Shown: in pieces, positions 11,896-23,173 of the stretch
How the letters are laid out: every line of letters starts with the position of its first letter
How positions within the stretch are numbered: the stretch's first letter is position 1
Source of the DNA: Macrostomum lignano
Taxonomy: Eukaryota
NCBI GenBank assembly: GCA_002269645.1
Contig: NIVC01000203.1
Coordinates: forward strand, 1 to 54,477
Direction of reading: 5' to 3'
DNA length: 54,477 bases
The notes under the pieces: generated by a model
Seen by the model: only the letters and a program-made list of their open reading frames with translations
What the model was told of the DNA's origin: nothing
Databases searched by the model: none
Program-made: the position numbers and the translations under genes

Positions 11896-13095
11896 AAAAG
11901 GCAATAGGCCTAAGGCTAAGACAAGTGGGCCTGTAATAGATAGCTATATTATATATATTATAAAAAACAGACTGCTATTATTAAAGAGCATCTATGACTA
12001 TCTACCTAGATGCAAATTATATATTTTATCAAGATAGGGCACCTTCAACATAGCCAATGGTAGGCCTATATACAATACAACTGTAGGCTATAAAAATTCT
12101 GGCAAAATTTTTTAGCTAGGCCTTAGGCCTATAACAAAGCCTAGATATCAAACTGTTTGACTAGGGCCTAGCCTATCATATCTTATAACATTTAGTAGCT
12201 TTTCAATATAATTATCTTTTTCTTTCTTTCTATATCTTTCTATAAAATTACTTTTTATTTTACCATATGGTTATTGTCTATTAGTATCAGTCTAGAATTT
12301 TAATAACTTTAAATTAACATTTTTAAACATTTTTAAGCCATATTCAAGAAGTTACTTAATATTAATGACTATAAAAAATAATATATGATATAGTCATAGA
12401 TATAATATTCTATTGTAAACAGTATTATATATGATATAGTTCAAAAGGCAATATGTATACTAGGATTTCCTAGGATATAATAAAGGTAGTTGCCATTTTC
12501 TAATATATATCAGTGTATATTCTAGGTACATAATACAGTGGTAATTTTTTGGCTTATATCTATAGTTAGAATACTATAAAAAATAATGAATTTATATAAA
12601 ATATACTATATGCAACATCATTAACATAGAACACTGAATAATAAAAAACAAATTTTAATTTTTTACCCTAAATACTTGTTTCCCCATATCTCTAAATATA
12701 TAATCCAAACTATTGTTTTGATTGATATATTATATATAATAAAAAACAATATTTAGAGTTTTGATTGATATATTGATATTAATATATCAATCAAAACAAC
12801 TGATTTGGCTAACTAAACAAAAATTTCTTAACTTATTATTAGAATATTTACTTATTAGAATTTTATCAATGATAGGTAGTCAATGGTGAATAAATTGGTT
12901 TTAAATGAACAATTATAATATATTTAAAATATATTTTATTTTGTATATTGGTTTTGTGATTTATAAGAAGTTAAATTAAAGTATTCTATTAAAAAGTATA
13001 TCTTTGTTGCAAAGTTAAATGACTATAATGGCCATTATCCTGGGCTCATTGCATAGGCCTATTTGTAAATCAATTCTAATATGCCATTCACAAGA

Positions 13096-13636
13096 GTTAC
13101 CCTGAATAATCTCCCCAAAGACAGTTGCCCTGGATAATCTCCCCAATGGCAGTCGCCCTGGATTATCTACCAATGGCAGTCGCCCTGGATAATCTCCCGA
13201 CTCCCCAATGGCATTCGCCCTGGATAATCTCCCAATGGCAGTCGCCCTGGATAATCTCCCCAAAGACAGTCGCCTTAGATAATCTCCCAATGGCAGTCGC
13301 CCTGGATAATCTCCCCAAAGACAGTCGTCCTGGATAATCTCCAATGGCAGTCGCCCTGGATAATCTCCCCAATGGCAGTCGCCCTGGATAATCTTCCCAA
13401 TGGCAGTCGCCCTGGATAATCTCCCCCAATGGCAGTCCCCCTTCACGAGAGTCATTCTGGATAGTCTCTGCAATGGCAGTCGCCCTGGATAATGTCCCCA
13501 ATGGCAGTCGCCCTGGATAATCTCCCCAATGGCAGTCCCCCTTCACGAGAGTCATTCTGGATAGTCTCTGCAATGGCAGTCGCCCTGGATAATGTCCCCA
13601 ATGGCAGTCGCCCTGGATAATCTCCCCCAATGGCAG
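13096..13636. repeat. 27-28-bp minisatellite (CCCTGGATAATCTCCCCAATGGCAGTCG)n abutting the STK11 5' end
   Basis: About 17 units seen directly, plus a duplicated ~100-bp higher-order block containing CCCTTCACGAGAGTCATTCTGGATAG. Confidence 0.92.
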
Positions 13637-13688
13637 TGGGTACTCCTACACCACACGCGACATCTCCTTGAGAAAAATCACCCTAAAG

Positions 13689-16600
13689 TCGCCCCGGCAC
13701 TCGGGCATTCCTGCCTCGCAACACTCTGGCGAGCTGCAACTCCCAGCAGTCTCAGCGTCAGCGGCCGTCTGCGGCGCCTATAGTCGATGAATTCGACGGC
13801 GGCTGCAACGAGGACATCAGCGAGCTGAATGGCGAGCTGCATAATTTCATCACCAGACTAGACGAGACCTCAATCGTATACGTGAACAAGCCGCCTAAGC
13901 TGCTGCAAGATCGCTATTTATTAGATGAGAAATTAGGCGAAGGCTCCTACGGCAAGGTGAAGCTGTGCGTAGACAGACAGACTGGCGACCGGCTAGCCGT
14001 TAAGATTGTGACAATCAGGCTGGTGCGCAAGATTCCGCAGGGTCTGGAGACTGTTGAGCGAGAGGCCGCCACAATGCGCCAGCTGAAGCACGTCAATACC
14101 GTCCGGTTGTACGCCGATTTCTCCGACGAGCAGTGCCAGAAACGCTACCTAGTGATGGAGTTTGCCGTCTGCAGCATCCACGACCTGCAGTCCAAGGGCA
14201 TGACAATGGATGCCGAATATTTCCGCTGCCTGCCGGAGTCGCAGGCGCGGCACTATTTTGCCCAGCTATTAGACGGCGTTGAATATTTGCATAATCTGCG
14301 CATTGTTCACAAAGATCTGAAGCCGGGCAATTTGCTGCTCACAGCCGATCACACGGTTAAGATTACCGATTTTGGCGTTTGCGAGCAGCTGCCGGAGAGT
14401 GCGCTTGACGATACCATCACTGGCACTCAGGCTACACCTGCTATTCAACCGCCTGAGGTGAGTGTAGTTGGGCAAGGAGTTCTCCATGACTACTAAATGA
14501 CAAACTTTTCACATTTCTGTCAGAGCTGCGAATAACGCAACCGGCTATTGAGTATTTGGTGACATTTAAAATCCGAGTAAATTCTCGCAACCGGCTCTTG
14601 AGTATTTGGTCACACTTAAAATCCGAGTAAATTCTCGCAACCGGCTCTTGAGTATTTGGTGACATTTAAAATCCGAGTAAATTCTCGCAACCGGCTCTTG
14701 AGTATTTGGTCACACTTAAAATCCGAGTAAATTCTCGCAACCGGCTCTTGGAGTATTTGGTCACACTTAAAATCCGAGTAAATTCTCGCAACCGGCTCTT
14801 GAGTATTTGGTCACATTTAAAATCCGAGTAAATTCTCGCAACCCCGGCTCTTGGAGTGTTTGGTCACACTTAAAATCCGAGTAAATTCTCGCAACCGGCT
14901 CTTGAGTATTTGGTCACACTTAAAATCCGAGTAAATTCTCGCAACCGGCTCTTGGAGTATTTGGTCACACTTAAAATCCGAGTAAATTCTCGCAACCGGC
15001 TCTTGAGTATTTGGTCACATTTAAAATCCGAGTAAATTCTCGCAACCCCGGCTCTTGGAGTGTTTGGTCACACTTAAAATCCGAGTAAATTCTCGCAACC
15101 GGCTCTTGAGTATTTGGTGACATTTAAAATCCGAGTAAATTCTCGCAACCGGCTCTTGAGTATTTGGTCACACTTAAAATCCGAGTAAATTCTCGCAACC
15201 GGCTCTTGAGTATTTGGTCACACTTAAAATCCGAGTAAATTCTCGCAACCGGCTCTTGAGTATTTGGTGACATTTAAAATCCGAGTAAATTCTCGCAACC
15301 GGCTCTTGAGTATTTGGTCACATTTAAAATCCGAGTAAATTCTCGCAACTGGCTCTTGAGTATGTGGTCACATTTCAAAGCCGAGTAAATTCTCAGCAGG
15401 CGCTGTTGTCTATAAAGTGCGTCAATTAGCACTGCGCCTCAGTGCAGCCTTGCCAAGCCTCCAAATTTTATCAGCACGTCGACCACATGTGCTTGCATCA
15501 GCGCTGACCTCCTTGGTCTCTGGCCTTCACCCAGGGGGAGCTTCTGGACCTTCAGCAGGTGGCACCAGGTGATCATGGACACCGTGTTGCGAATTTCTGA
15601 GTTTAGCTGATCAAGCCTCGCCAATGGTCAAACCTCAACTGCTGGACATCCTCAGCTGGTCTCACAAGCATTCCCACATCACCCGACGCCGTCGGCACCT
15701 TTAACGGGTGATACAAGACTGTGAAGTCTAGGTTTGCGTGCCGAAAAAAGGTGGCCTCTGTAAGGCTCTGTTTACTCAATATATTTATTAGTCAATATTG
15801 TGGGGTGGGGTGAAGCGATGCGCGATTGGTCGAGAATTAGTAAACAATTTTAGGCGAGAGAATGAGTCATGAATAATAATGTGGGGCAGAGAGTGCAGCG
15901 CACGGCCTACTCCCTACAAAGACGATTGTGGACACCCTGTTGCAACTATACCTGCTTTTTCTTATCAAGCTTCAATAACGATCAAATCTCAACTGCTAGG
16001 TAGCAACTGGTTTCTCAAGAATTCTTCTTCTTGTCTTTTGTTGCCGGAAGGCGTGGCGCTCTTCGAGCCACTCCAATCTGACGGCTACAACTCTTGGGCC
16101 CAGTTATCGCCGTCCGTTAGGCATGGAGCCACCAAAACTGCAACCGCCTGACCGTTGTAACCCGGAGAGCAGTTCACTAGAATGATGTTTAAAGAGGTGC
16201 ATCGGGTCGTGGGTCCGAAGCCGCTCAGTGAGAGGGGGTTCGCCGAACTTTTGCGCGAGCTCATGACTGCAGGCCTGCCCCCCCCCCTTGAGCTGTTACT
16301 TTGCCAGTTGGCCACGCCAGCAGGCCGCTTGACAGCACGTGGAGGTGAGCAGCTCTAAGCCAAGCTGCTCAAGCATTCAGTCGTCATCCAGACGCCGTCG
16401 TCTCCTTCAACTGGTGACACAAAGTCTCAAGGAAAATCCCCCCTCCCTTGGTAGTTCGACGGGAGGAAAAACGGCTTTGTATTTTTACTTAATGAAGAGC
16501 CTAGATTTAAGGCGGGCGGTCTAGCGCGTCGCTCTTATGTCAGTCACCTTAATTTGGGTTAAATTGGGATCTCGGCTTGGCTCTGCTCGTGCAATTAATG

Positions 16601-17387
16601 CCCTTGAGGGCCAACCCCCAAGGCACAGTGAAGTGTACATGCCTTAGGATAAATAAAGTTAGGGCCGCTGTACCCAGTTACATCAGAGCCAATTAAAATT
16701 GGTGAACTGGGCCAGCCTGGGTTAAATTGTCCCAATTTATACCAAACAAACCAGGTTGCGGACGGCAGCAAGCAGTTCTCCGGCTTCCGCCTGGACATCT
16801 ATTGCGCCGGCGTGTGCTTGTACTTTATGGTGTGCGGCCGGGTGCCCTACAGGGAGAAGAATGTGCTGCTAATCTACGAGCGGATAGCCGAGGGTCGCTA
16901 CACCATCGAGAGCTGGGTTAGCGAGGCCTGCCAGCAGCTGATCGGGGCTCTCATGGCCTACACGGCGGCGGACCGGCCGGACCCGGCCAAGGCCAGGCAG
17001 TTCGATTGGCTTCAGAAGCAGTCGGCGGCGCCAGTGCCCGGCCAGGATTGGATCCGGCTGGAGTCAGTCTGCGAAGTGGAAGACGCCGCGGCCACCGTTG
17101 CCAGGGTCCGGCAGGCATTCGAGGAACGAATGCACCGGCGCTCGCAGTACGAGACGCATGGGCTTAGCCTGGCCTCTGAGGCGGCGCTGACTGGCGAACA
17201 GCCGGACGACATTCTGGCCACTGACGACGAGGACGACGGCATCGATTTCAAAGCCGGCGGCGCCCGCTGCGGCCAGGCCTCCTCTGGCGCCTCCACGTGC
17301 AGCGAAGCTCCGCCAGCCCCGCAGCCGCCAGCCGCCGCTCCCGCCGCCTCCACGGGTCGGAAGAAGCGGCGCTGCTGCCTATCCTAG
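13689..17387 (+). CDS. STK11: Serine/threonine kinase STK11/LKB1 (PAR-4); visible exons ~13689-14457 and 16755-17387; 5' end incomplete
   Basis: LKB1-type N-terminal motif NFITRLDETSIVYV (cf. human TFIHRIDSTEVIYQ), LGEGSYGKVK, AVKI, HKDLKPGNLLL, DFG, PAIQPPE|VADGSKQFSGFRLDIYCAG, and a C-terminal polybasic CaaX RKKRRCCLS. Intron GAG|GTGAGT..CCAG|GTT is phase 0. The frame is open from 13687 with no ATG before the kinase domain. Confidence 0.9.
14537..15394. repeat. 50-bp minisatellite, ~17 copies, in STK11 intron
   Basis: Unit GCAACCGGCTCTTGAGTATTTGGTCACACTTAAAATCCGAGTAAATTCTC with only 1-3 nt variants; no spacers between units. Confidence 0.95.
15415..16480. repeat. Dispersed degenerate repeat family, rearranged copies within STK11 intron
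   Basis: 15415-15560 is the reverse complement of 235-380. 15556-15710, 15925-16010 and 16340-16480 are forward homologues of parts of 1-620. Confidence 0.75.
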
Positions 17388-19503
17388 TTAGTGTTTTCTA
17401 AATAAATAATAATAACTATAATAGTAAATTAGATGATCTTCGTACTTGATAAACTGATTCAATTGATTGCGTTGTTTGCTGGACCGCAGCTGATGCTAAA
17501 CTAATTATTTATATATTTAGCTCTCTATTTTTTCTGTTCTTAACACTGCTCGGAAATAAACAGACCGAATCGGAGTATTTTCCTATCTACTTACAGTAGC
17601 GAGATGTACTTACTATTTGCGCGACTATCCGCTGTTAAATTATGGATTTAGTGCATCGCGATTATTTGAATTCTTCATCTGGCCTCCTCGTGCAATACGT
17701 ATTATAGTTAGCAGAGATGAATAATAACTATTATTTATTTATCAGCCTGTGTCCCGAATAAATAAAGCTAACTATGAATAATATATGGTTTGTTGTGTAA
17801 AGATGCGACTCCCGGTGACTATTTCTATTATTATTACACAACTTATATTTTTTGTAACCACAGATCCACAGAAGATAAATCTATTTCACTAAAGCCAGCG
17901 CAGGCGGTTTATTGACAAAAAATGCTGTTAATAATAAGCACTACTATTTGTAAAACACAGCACCGATGTATTAATAATCATTGTTATTGGCAGATAGAGT
18001 TTCCTTTTCCCCCTTAATCATTCCCCCTTGTGTTGTCCGATTTTCAACCTATAAATATATGCAAATAATTTTCATACTAAACTTTGTATTCATTCTGTGT
18101 GTACTTGTACAGCATGCGTGTATATATATTATATATACTAGAACCATATAAAGTTCCAGTGTCTGCTCGCACTGTGCTGAGGGCTGAGCGCTCAACTATA
18201 TATATATATATATTTTGTTAGTAACTCTTTAACTTCCCTAGCAGCCTTTCCCGTTTATAACTATCATTATTAACTATTGTACCGATTTTCCTAACTGCTC
18301 TACTATTAGTAGCAATTGCCGTTTTTTAATCACATATTTGTGCTGCATCAGTCAAGCCACTAACTTACCGCTTTAGCCTGCTCTGTGTTATACTATATAT
18401 TGTTGTGTTATGATCAAGTTAGTTCCGATTGAAAGCCCATCAAGGCAGTTTATAGAAGACTTATAATATAGTATAGAGACTATTATGATATTGTGTTAGT
18501 TCATTTCTATTCGAAAGACCGTCATATTTATGGCTGGCTAGTTGAATTAAATAGAATCCAATAATGATATAAACTCTTCAACTGAATCTTCTAATATTAA
18601 ATCCCGTTCCAAGACCTTTCTCTGGCAAAAATATTTTAGTCTACTGACTAAGTAGTACAAAGCATGGTCTTTTGATTGATTAAAAGTCACCAGAGGAAAC
18701 TGATGCCTCATGTTTTTTATAAGTTATTTGGTGTAAAGAAGCAAAATGATTCGACCCAATCATTTATAATTATTTTTTCCATTTCTTCTATTTAAACTGA
18801 GAACAGTTATTATATTGAATTCAATTTAGTTTCTTGTGCTGTTATTTTGTTTAAAGTTGTATTCTTATACTATATATAATATATATTAGCTTTGCTATAA
18901 CGCAAATTTGATTTAACAGTTTATTAAATTTAATTGTTTCCTATTCCGCTTCTAGCATCGAGAAAGTTCATATAGTATTTAGTATTTTTCCGAATCATTT
19001 TATAATAGGCCTTTGTCCTCATATTTTTATTAATAAAAATAATGCTCCATATACTACTACTGCTAGTGGCGCGCGTGATCTTTCATAAACTTCCATACTC
19101 ATTCCTGCGCTTGTTTCTCTCGCGAGGCTTATTTTTTTCTCTAGCTAGACAGCTAATATTGGAGAACACGAAGGCTGGCTTCATTGAGGACAGCGTGTAC
19201 TTACTTGAGTTGCTGTACCGATTATAAATGGTGCTCCATCTAGACGCCACAATGTCTGAGCCAGATACTGAGCAATAAATTTATTAGTAGATGGACTTCA
19301 TCGCAATGTATTAATTACTATGATATCTCAATATGCAAAGGCCGGGTCAGCGTAGCTCGATTCAGTCTAGTGTGTACGAGTGCGCGTGCCCGCGTACAAA
19401 TTGACTCGCTTGTAGAGGTCTGTGCTCAACGAATGGGTAGAATTGCCTAACCACTAGCTGGTGCGCTTTCATATCTCCGGCACTTCACATGCACACATGT
19501 ATA

Positions 19504-19929
19504 CTCAGCAACAGTCAAAAGTTCCACCCTCCAAGCGAGATGATTTTTTTCACTTTTTGCGAGTGACGCAATCTACTACGCACGTTCGAAAAGAAAATCC
19601 AGAATGTTCAATGTTCAAACTCCATTCTAGCCATTGAAAACGCTTGGTAGCAGCTTCCCCAAGACTTTCCTCATCCTGGGATGCCCCGCAGAGTCGCCGC
19701 ACTTCTGCGTGCGAGGGGATCCCATACGCGTTATTAAGCATCGCATTGCATAAATATAAACTGTTATCATTTTGTGCAACTGACTTTTGTTATTGATTCA
19801 ATCAACTTTCCCTTCCTCACGGCGGCTTAGTTGCGTAACTTGAGGGTTGAATTGTGAGTGAGAAATTGTCGCAATAAGTGAGAAATTTTTCATCTCGCTT
19901 GGAGAGTGGAACTTTTGACTGTTGCTGAG
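19504..19929 (+). mobile_element. Internally deleted Tc1-like DNA transposon, 426 bp, ~65-bp TIRs, TA TSD
   Basis: TIR CTCAGCAACAGTCAAAAGTTCCAC.CTCCAAGCGAGATGA at both ends, flanked by TA at 19502-19503 and 19930-19931. Internal 19681-19737 encodes MPRRVAALLRARGSHTRY*, the classic Tc1 transposase C-terminus, preceded by a degenerate AIENAW*QLPQDF. Confidence 0.88.
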
Positions 19930-20299
19930 TACATCTGATATCTCCGACAAGCTTCACCCTAAGCCTAGCGGATGCTGTTTCGGAGATATGAAGTTCCCAT
20001 AGGTATGAAGCGTCGGAGAACTGCTTTTCAGAGATATGAAACCCCCGCTCGCTGTGGGACGATATCAAGGATGGACATGGACTGCACAATGGTGTCCCCA
20101 ACCCTCTTGTAAAAATTTACTTTTACATAAAGAGGTACAAAAATTTACACCAGTCCTGAACCAATGCTATAAGTACGAGCTAAGAGAACGTAACACTTCG
20201 GAATGATGCAACATCTATATTGGAGGAACCTATTTTTCTCTAAAATGCCTCAGGAAGTTTTCCGATGTTTTTAGCACGAAATTGACTGTTATTCGGACG

Positions 20300-20650
20300 G
20301 ACGATTCGGTGTGATGCGATTCGCTGGCCTGCTGCGCGCCGCTTTCAAAATCGGCTTCGAGCATGTCACCAATGCGACACTCTATCGCCGCGCCGGGCCT
20401 GTCCCGTCCCAGCGACCTGTTGCGCCGTCGGCGACTCCAGCTGGCGAGCCGTATCATCCGAGCCAAGTCGTACTGCCCGCAACCGGTAGGAGAAGCACCC
20501 TACCAGCGCGGGCAGGCGCGCACCCAGCGTGTCTACTGGCTGATGCCGGCGCCCCGGACACTGCCGGCGTTCTCGCCCAGGCCCTGAAATGCGACCTATG
20601 ACATTGTCTCACGCCTGACTGGCTGACAATGCATTTTGTTGTTGTTGTTG
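20300..20650 (+). mobile_element. Frameshifted 3' remnant of an RTE-like non-LTR retrotransposon
   Basis: Joining two frames gives LLRAAFKIGFEHVTNATLYRRAG / LSRPSDLLRRRRLQLASRIIRAKSYCPQPV, resembling the C-terminal RRRRLxWxGHxxR motif of RTE ORF2. It is followed by a (GTT)n tail at ~20636-20652. Confidence 0.65.
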
Positions 20651-21592
20651 TTATTTTGACTTCCAAAGATCATTTGAAGCCGGAAAGTTCGGAAAGTAAG
20701 AAAATGATTTACTGCTTAAAAAAACATGAAAATCCATCTCGTTAATGCATGCATTGTAGCTAAGTTTGGAAGTGTTACGTCCTTTAACTATACGAGCTAC
20801 CAGTAGGTCCTTGTCTTGAACTTCTTGTTAAATTTGCGCTCCCCTACTTGCGCACCGTGCCGTTAATCACCGGCCGGATGCGAAAATGCCAGCGCATTCC
20901 TTAGGACGAGTTGGATAACAACAGAGCCCGAAGCTGCATTCATCATCTTCTGCAGCTTTTCCTCGCCGAATACGAGAGGACTGAGCCCTTTTTGTTGTAA
21001 AAAATGGCCATTTTGTAAGTCCATAATTTTATTTATTTGCGTGCAAAGACATGGCAGGAGTTGGTGCGTTTTCCTGTTGCGGCTTGGCATCAAAGCGTTA
21101 CAAAAATAGAATTCTACTGCTCGTAGCTGAAACAGTGCAAGGAACTTTCGTCCCGGTTTGCATGCGAGGTACCGTGCAAGCTAGGATATAATTGCACCCC
21201 CATGCGATGCGCTTAAACACAGACGTCTGGTTCGCGTTTTTCCGCTTTTAACCTTCTTCCCTTCGGAACCCTACGAATTCTTATCAACAAAATCGCGGCT
21301 GACTCGGAAAGGAAGTTTCCAACACGGTGAAGTCTGGGTTGTGGGTGCAGTCTGACAATTTACATCCTTGTCCGCCCTGCCCCAATACCCACCACATCCT
21401 GACAGGCCCGAAAGTTGCAAAGCCGGGGCCAATGACGGAGGGCCATCGCGGACGAAACCTGCGCCAGTCATGTAGTGCTTAAAGCTTTTTTACGTTGCAC
21501 CAACCTCGATATTTAGATGCTTCCAGTGGAGGTATTGCTGCAAACACAAAGCGCAATTTGCAAAAATAGCATTGCAAAGACAGAGTAATCTA

Positions 21593-23173
21593 ATGATTCT
21601 GCAACTAGGCCTTCTGTTTCTGTGTCTCGGACACTTTGGTGTCGAGACAACATCGGTGCACGAGGTCGCGATTTCAGTTCGCAGTGTCAAATCCATTGTC
21701 TATCGAGGCATGCAACTGTCCATCTTTGAGCACGTCGAAATGCCCCGTCGCTACTTTTTTCAGCCGCTTAGCTTCCTCGACGCCGCCTCGGCACGTCTTG
21801 TGGACAATTCCGAACTCAAGCTCACCGAACTCCATTTTGATGTTTACCTGTGGACTGACGAATTCATCCAGCTAGTTGAGAGCCACTTTGCCGAACACAA
21901 ATCTGTGGAGCTGCTGCCTCTGACAGAGATCAGTCTGACCTGGTCAAAGCACGCATCCATGTGGCTCGGCGCTGAGTTCAATCGAACATACCGCCTACTG
22001 GATGAGTGGAAAGACGGCGACAAGCCGCATATGAGAAGTACATTCACCATCTTCTGCGACAAGCGTGACGCGTGCGAGCGACTGATGTCGAAGTTCAACC
22101 AAAGCAACGAGGCGATCGGCAACATTTTCGATCTGAGGTACAAGATCCAGTGCGACAACTCGCGCAACTTCTCGCTAACCGTTCGCAGCAACCACTTCTT
22201 GCAGTCATCCACATTTCAGCAATTGGACAAATTTGCTTCGCAACACGGCAGTGGTGAGGTTATTATATCTGAGCAGACTGTCGACCAGCTGGCCGACCAA
22301 GTGTACACTGCTGCTCTAGCTGATCTGCAGCGCGACGTCAAGCAGCAGCTGACCTCTGTTGACAGCAAGTCGCACCAAGCCATTCTAACAGACCTTCACC
22401 GTCACCTGCGCTCCAACCAGGTGCACTCACTGAGCGACTTCCAGTGGAAAAGCAGAGTGTACTGGCCTCAGCACCGGGTCAGTCTTCGGCCTGACCAGTT
22501 GTCTCGCATTTTCAACGAGCTGTTTAAGCCTTCTGCCACACAGCCTCGAATGGTAACGCTGCCGAACTCCGGTTCGCTGGCGTCTGCCGGTGAGACACTG
22601 CCTCCGGCTGAATTCGCCAAGATCAGCGCATTTGTGCAGCTCCACATCGGCCAGCGCAAAGGCTCCGATCAGCCTGTCGTCCCTGTCAACGAGGTCCACA
22701 GCCTGGCTGTTGAGCTGGGCAGCTATGCCGACTGGGATGTCGCTAAGCGGCAGTTCGTTCCGCCGCCATCCCTCATTCTGTTCCGCGTCGACCTGCTGTC
22801 AGTGCGCCGTCGTGGAATCTTTCTGATGCGCGACATTACCGTTAGCTTCAAGGTGTCGCAGCACATGGACCCGGTACACCCGCTGCCTAAGGACACGGAG
22901 TTCCAGAGCTCTCTGTGGCAGCGCCACTTTGCCGGCTCATTCTGCATCCTGGCTAACCGTGGCGAGCCGCCTGGCATGCAGTGCCGCGTGCTGTCCTACC
23001 TGTTGCCGACCAAGTCTCTGCAGCGAGAAATTCGCAACCAGCTGAGCTCGCCGCGGCCCAGCATCAGCTACAGCGGTGGGCACATCGGGCAAAGCCACTT
23101 CTATCAAGTCAACCCGGAGGAGTTTAGTTTCAGCATCAAGATATGTTGCACAAAGGACTTGGAGAACCCGTAG
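21593..23173 (+). CDS. Secreted protein of unknown function, paralogue A (526 aa, intronless)
   Basis: Long ORF with host-like GC-rich codons. The first ATG is at 21593 (the track start 21572 is TTG). Hydrophobic signal peptide MILQLGLLFLCLGHFGVET, N-glycosylation sequons NRT/NQS/NFS, C-x5-C pair, and a C-terminal GSFCIL..KICC domain. Clear paralogy with 26552-28399. Confidence 0.88.
   Translation: MILQLGLLFLCLGHFGVETTSVHEVAISVRSVKSIVYRGMQLSIFEHVEMPRRYFFQPLSFLDAASARLVDNSELKLTELHFDVYLWTDEFIQLVESHFAEHKSVELLPLTEISLTWSKHASMWLGAEFNRTYRLLDEWKDGDKPHMRSTFTIFCDKRDACERLMSKFNQSNEAIGNIFDLRYKIQCDNSRNFSLTVRSNHFLQSSTFQQLDKFASQHGSGEVIISEQTVDQLADQVYTAALADLQRDVKQQLTSVDSKSHQAILTDLHRHLRSNQVHSLSDFQWKSRVYWPQHRVSLRPDQLSRIFNELFKPSATQPRMVTLPNSGSLASAGETLPPAEFAKISAFVQLHIGQRKGSDQPVVPVNEVHSLAVELGSYADWDVAKRQFVPPPSLILFRVDLLSVRRRGIFLMRDITVSFKVSQHMDPVHPLPKDTEFQSSLWQRHFAGSFCILANRGEPPGMQCRVLSYLLPTKSLQREIRNQLSSPRPSISYSGGHIGQSHFYQVNPEEFSFSIKICCTKDLENP

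Noticed and set aside
13015-13630. ORFs with GDYPGRLPL / MAVALDNLP repeats
   Set aside because: Translations of the 27-28-bp minisatellite; frames shift with unit length.
14537-15394. CRISPR-like appearance of the 50-bp array (also the 26-bp and 28-bp arrays)
   Set aside because: Units are contiguous with no unique spacers, there are no cas genes, and the context is a eukaryotic intron or gene flank. These are minisatellites.
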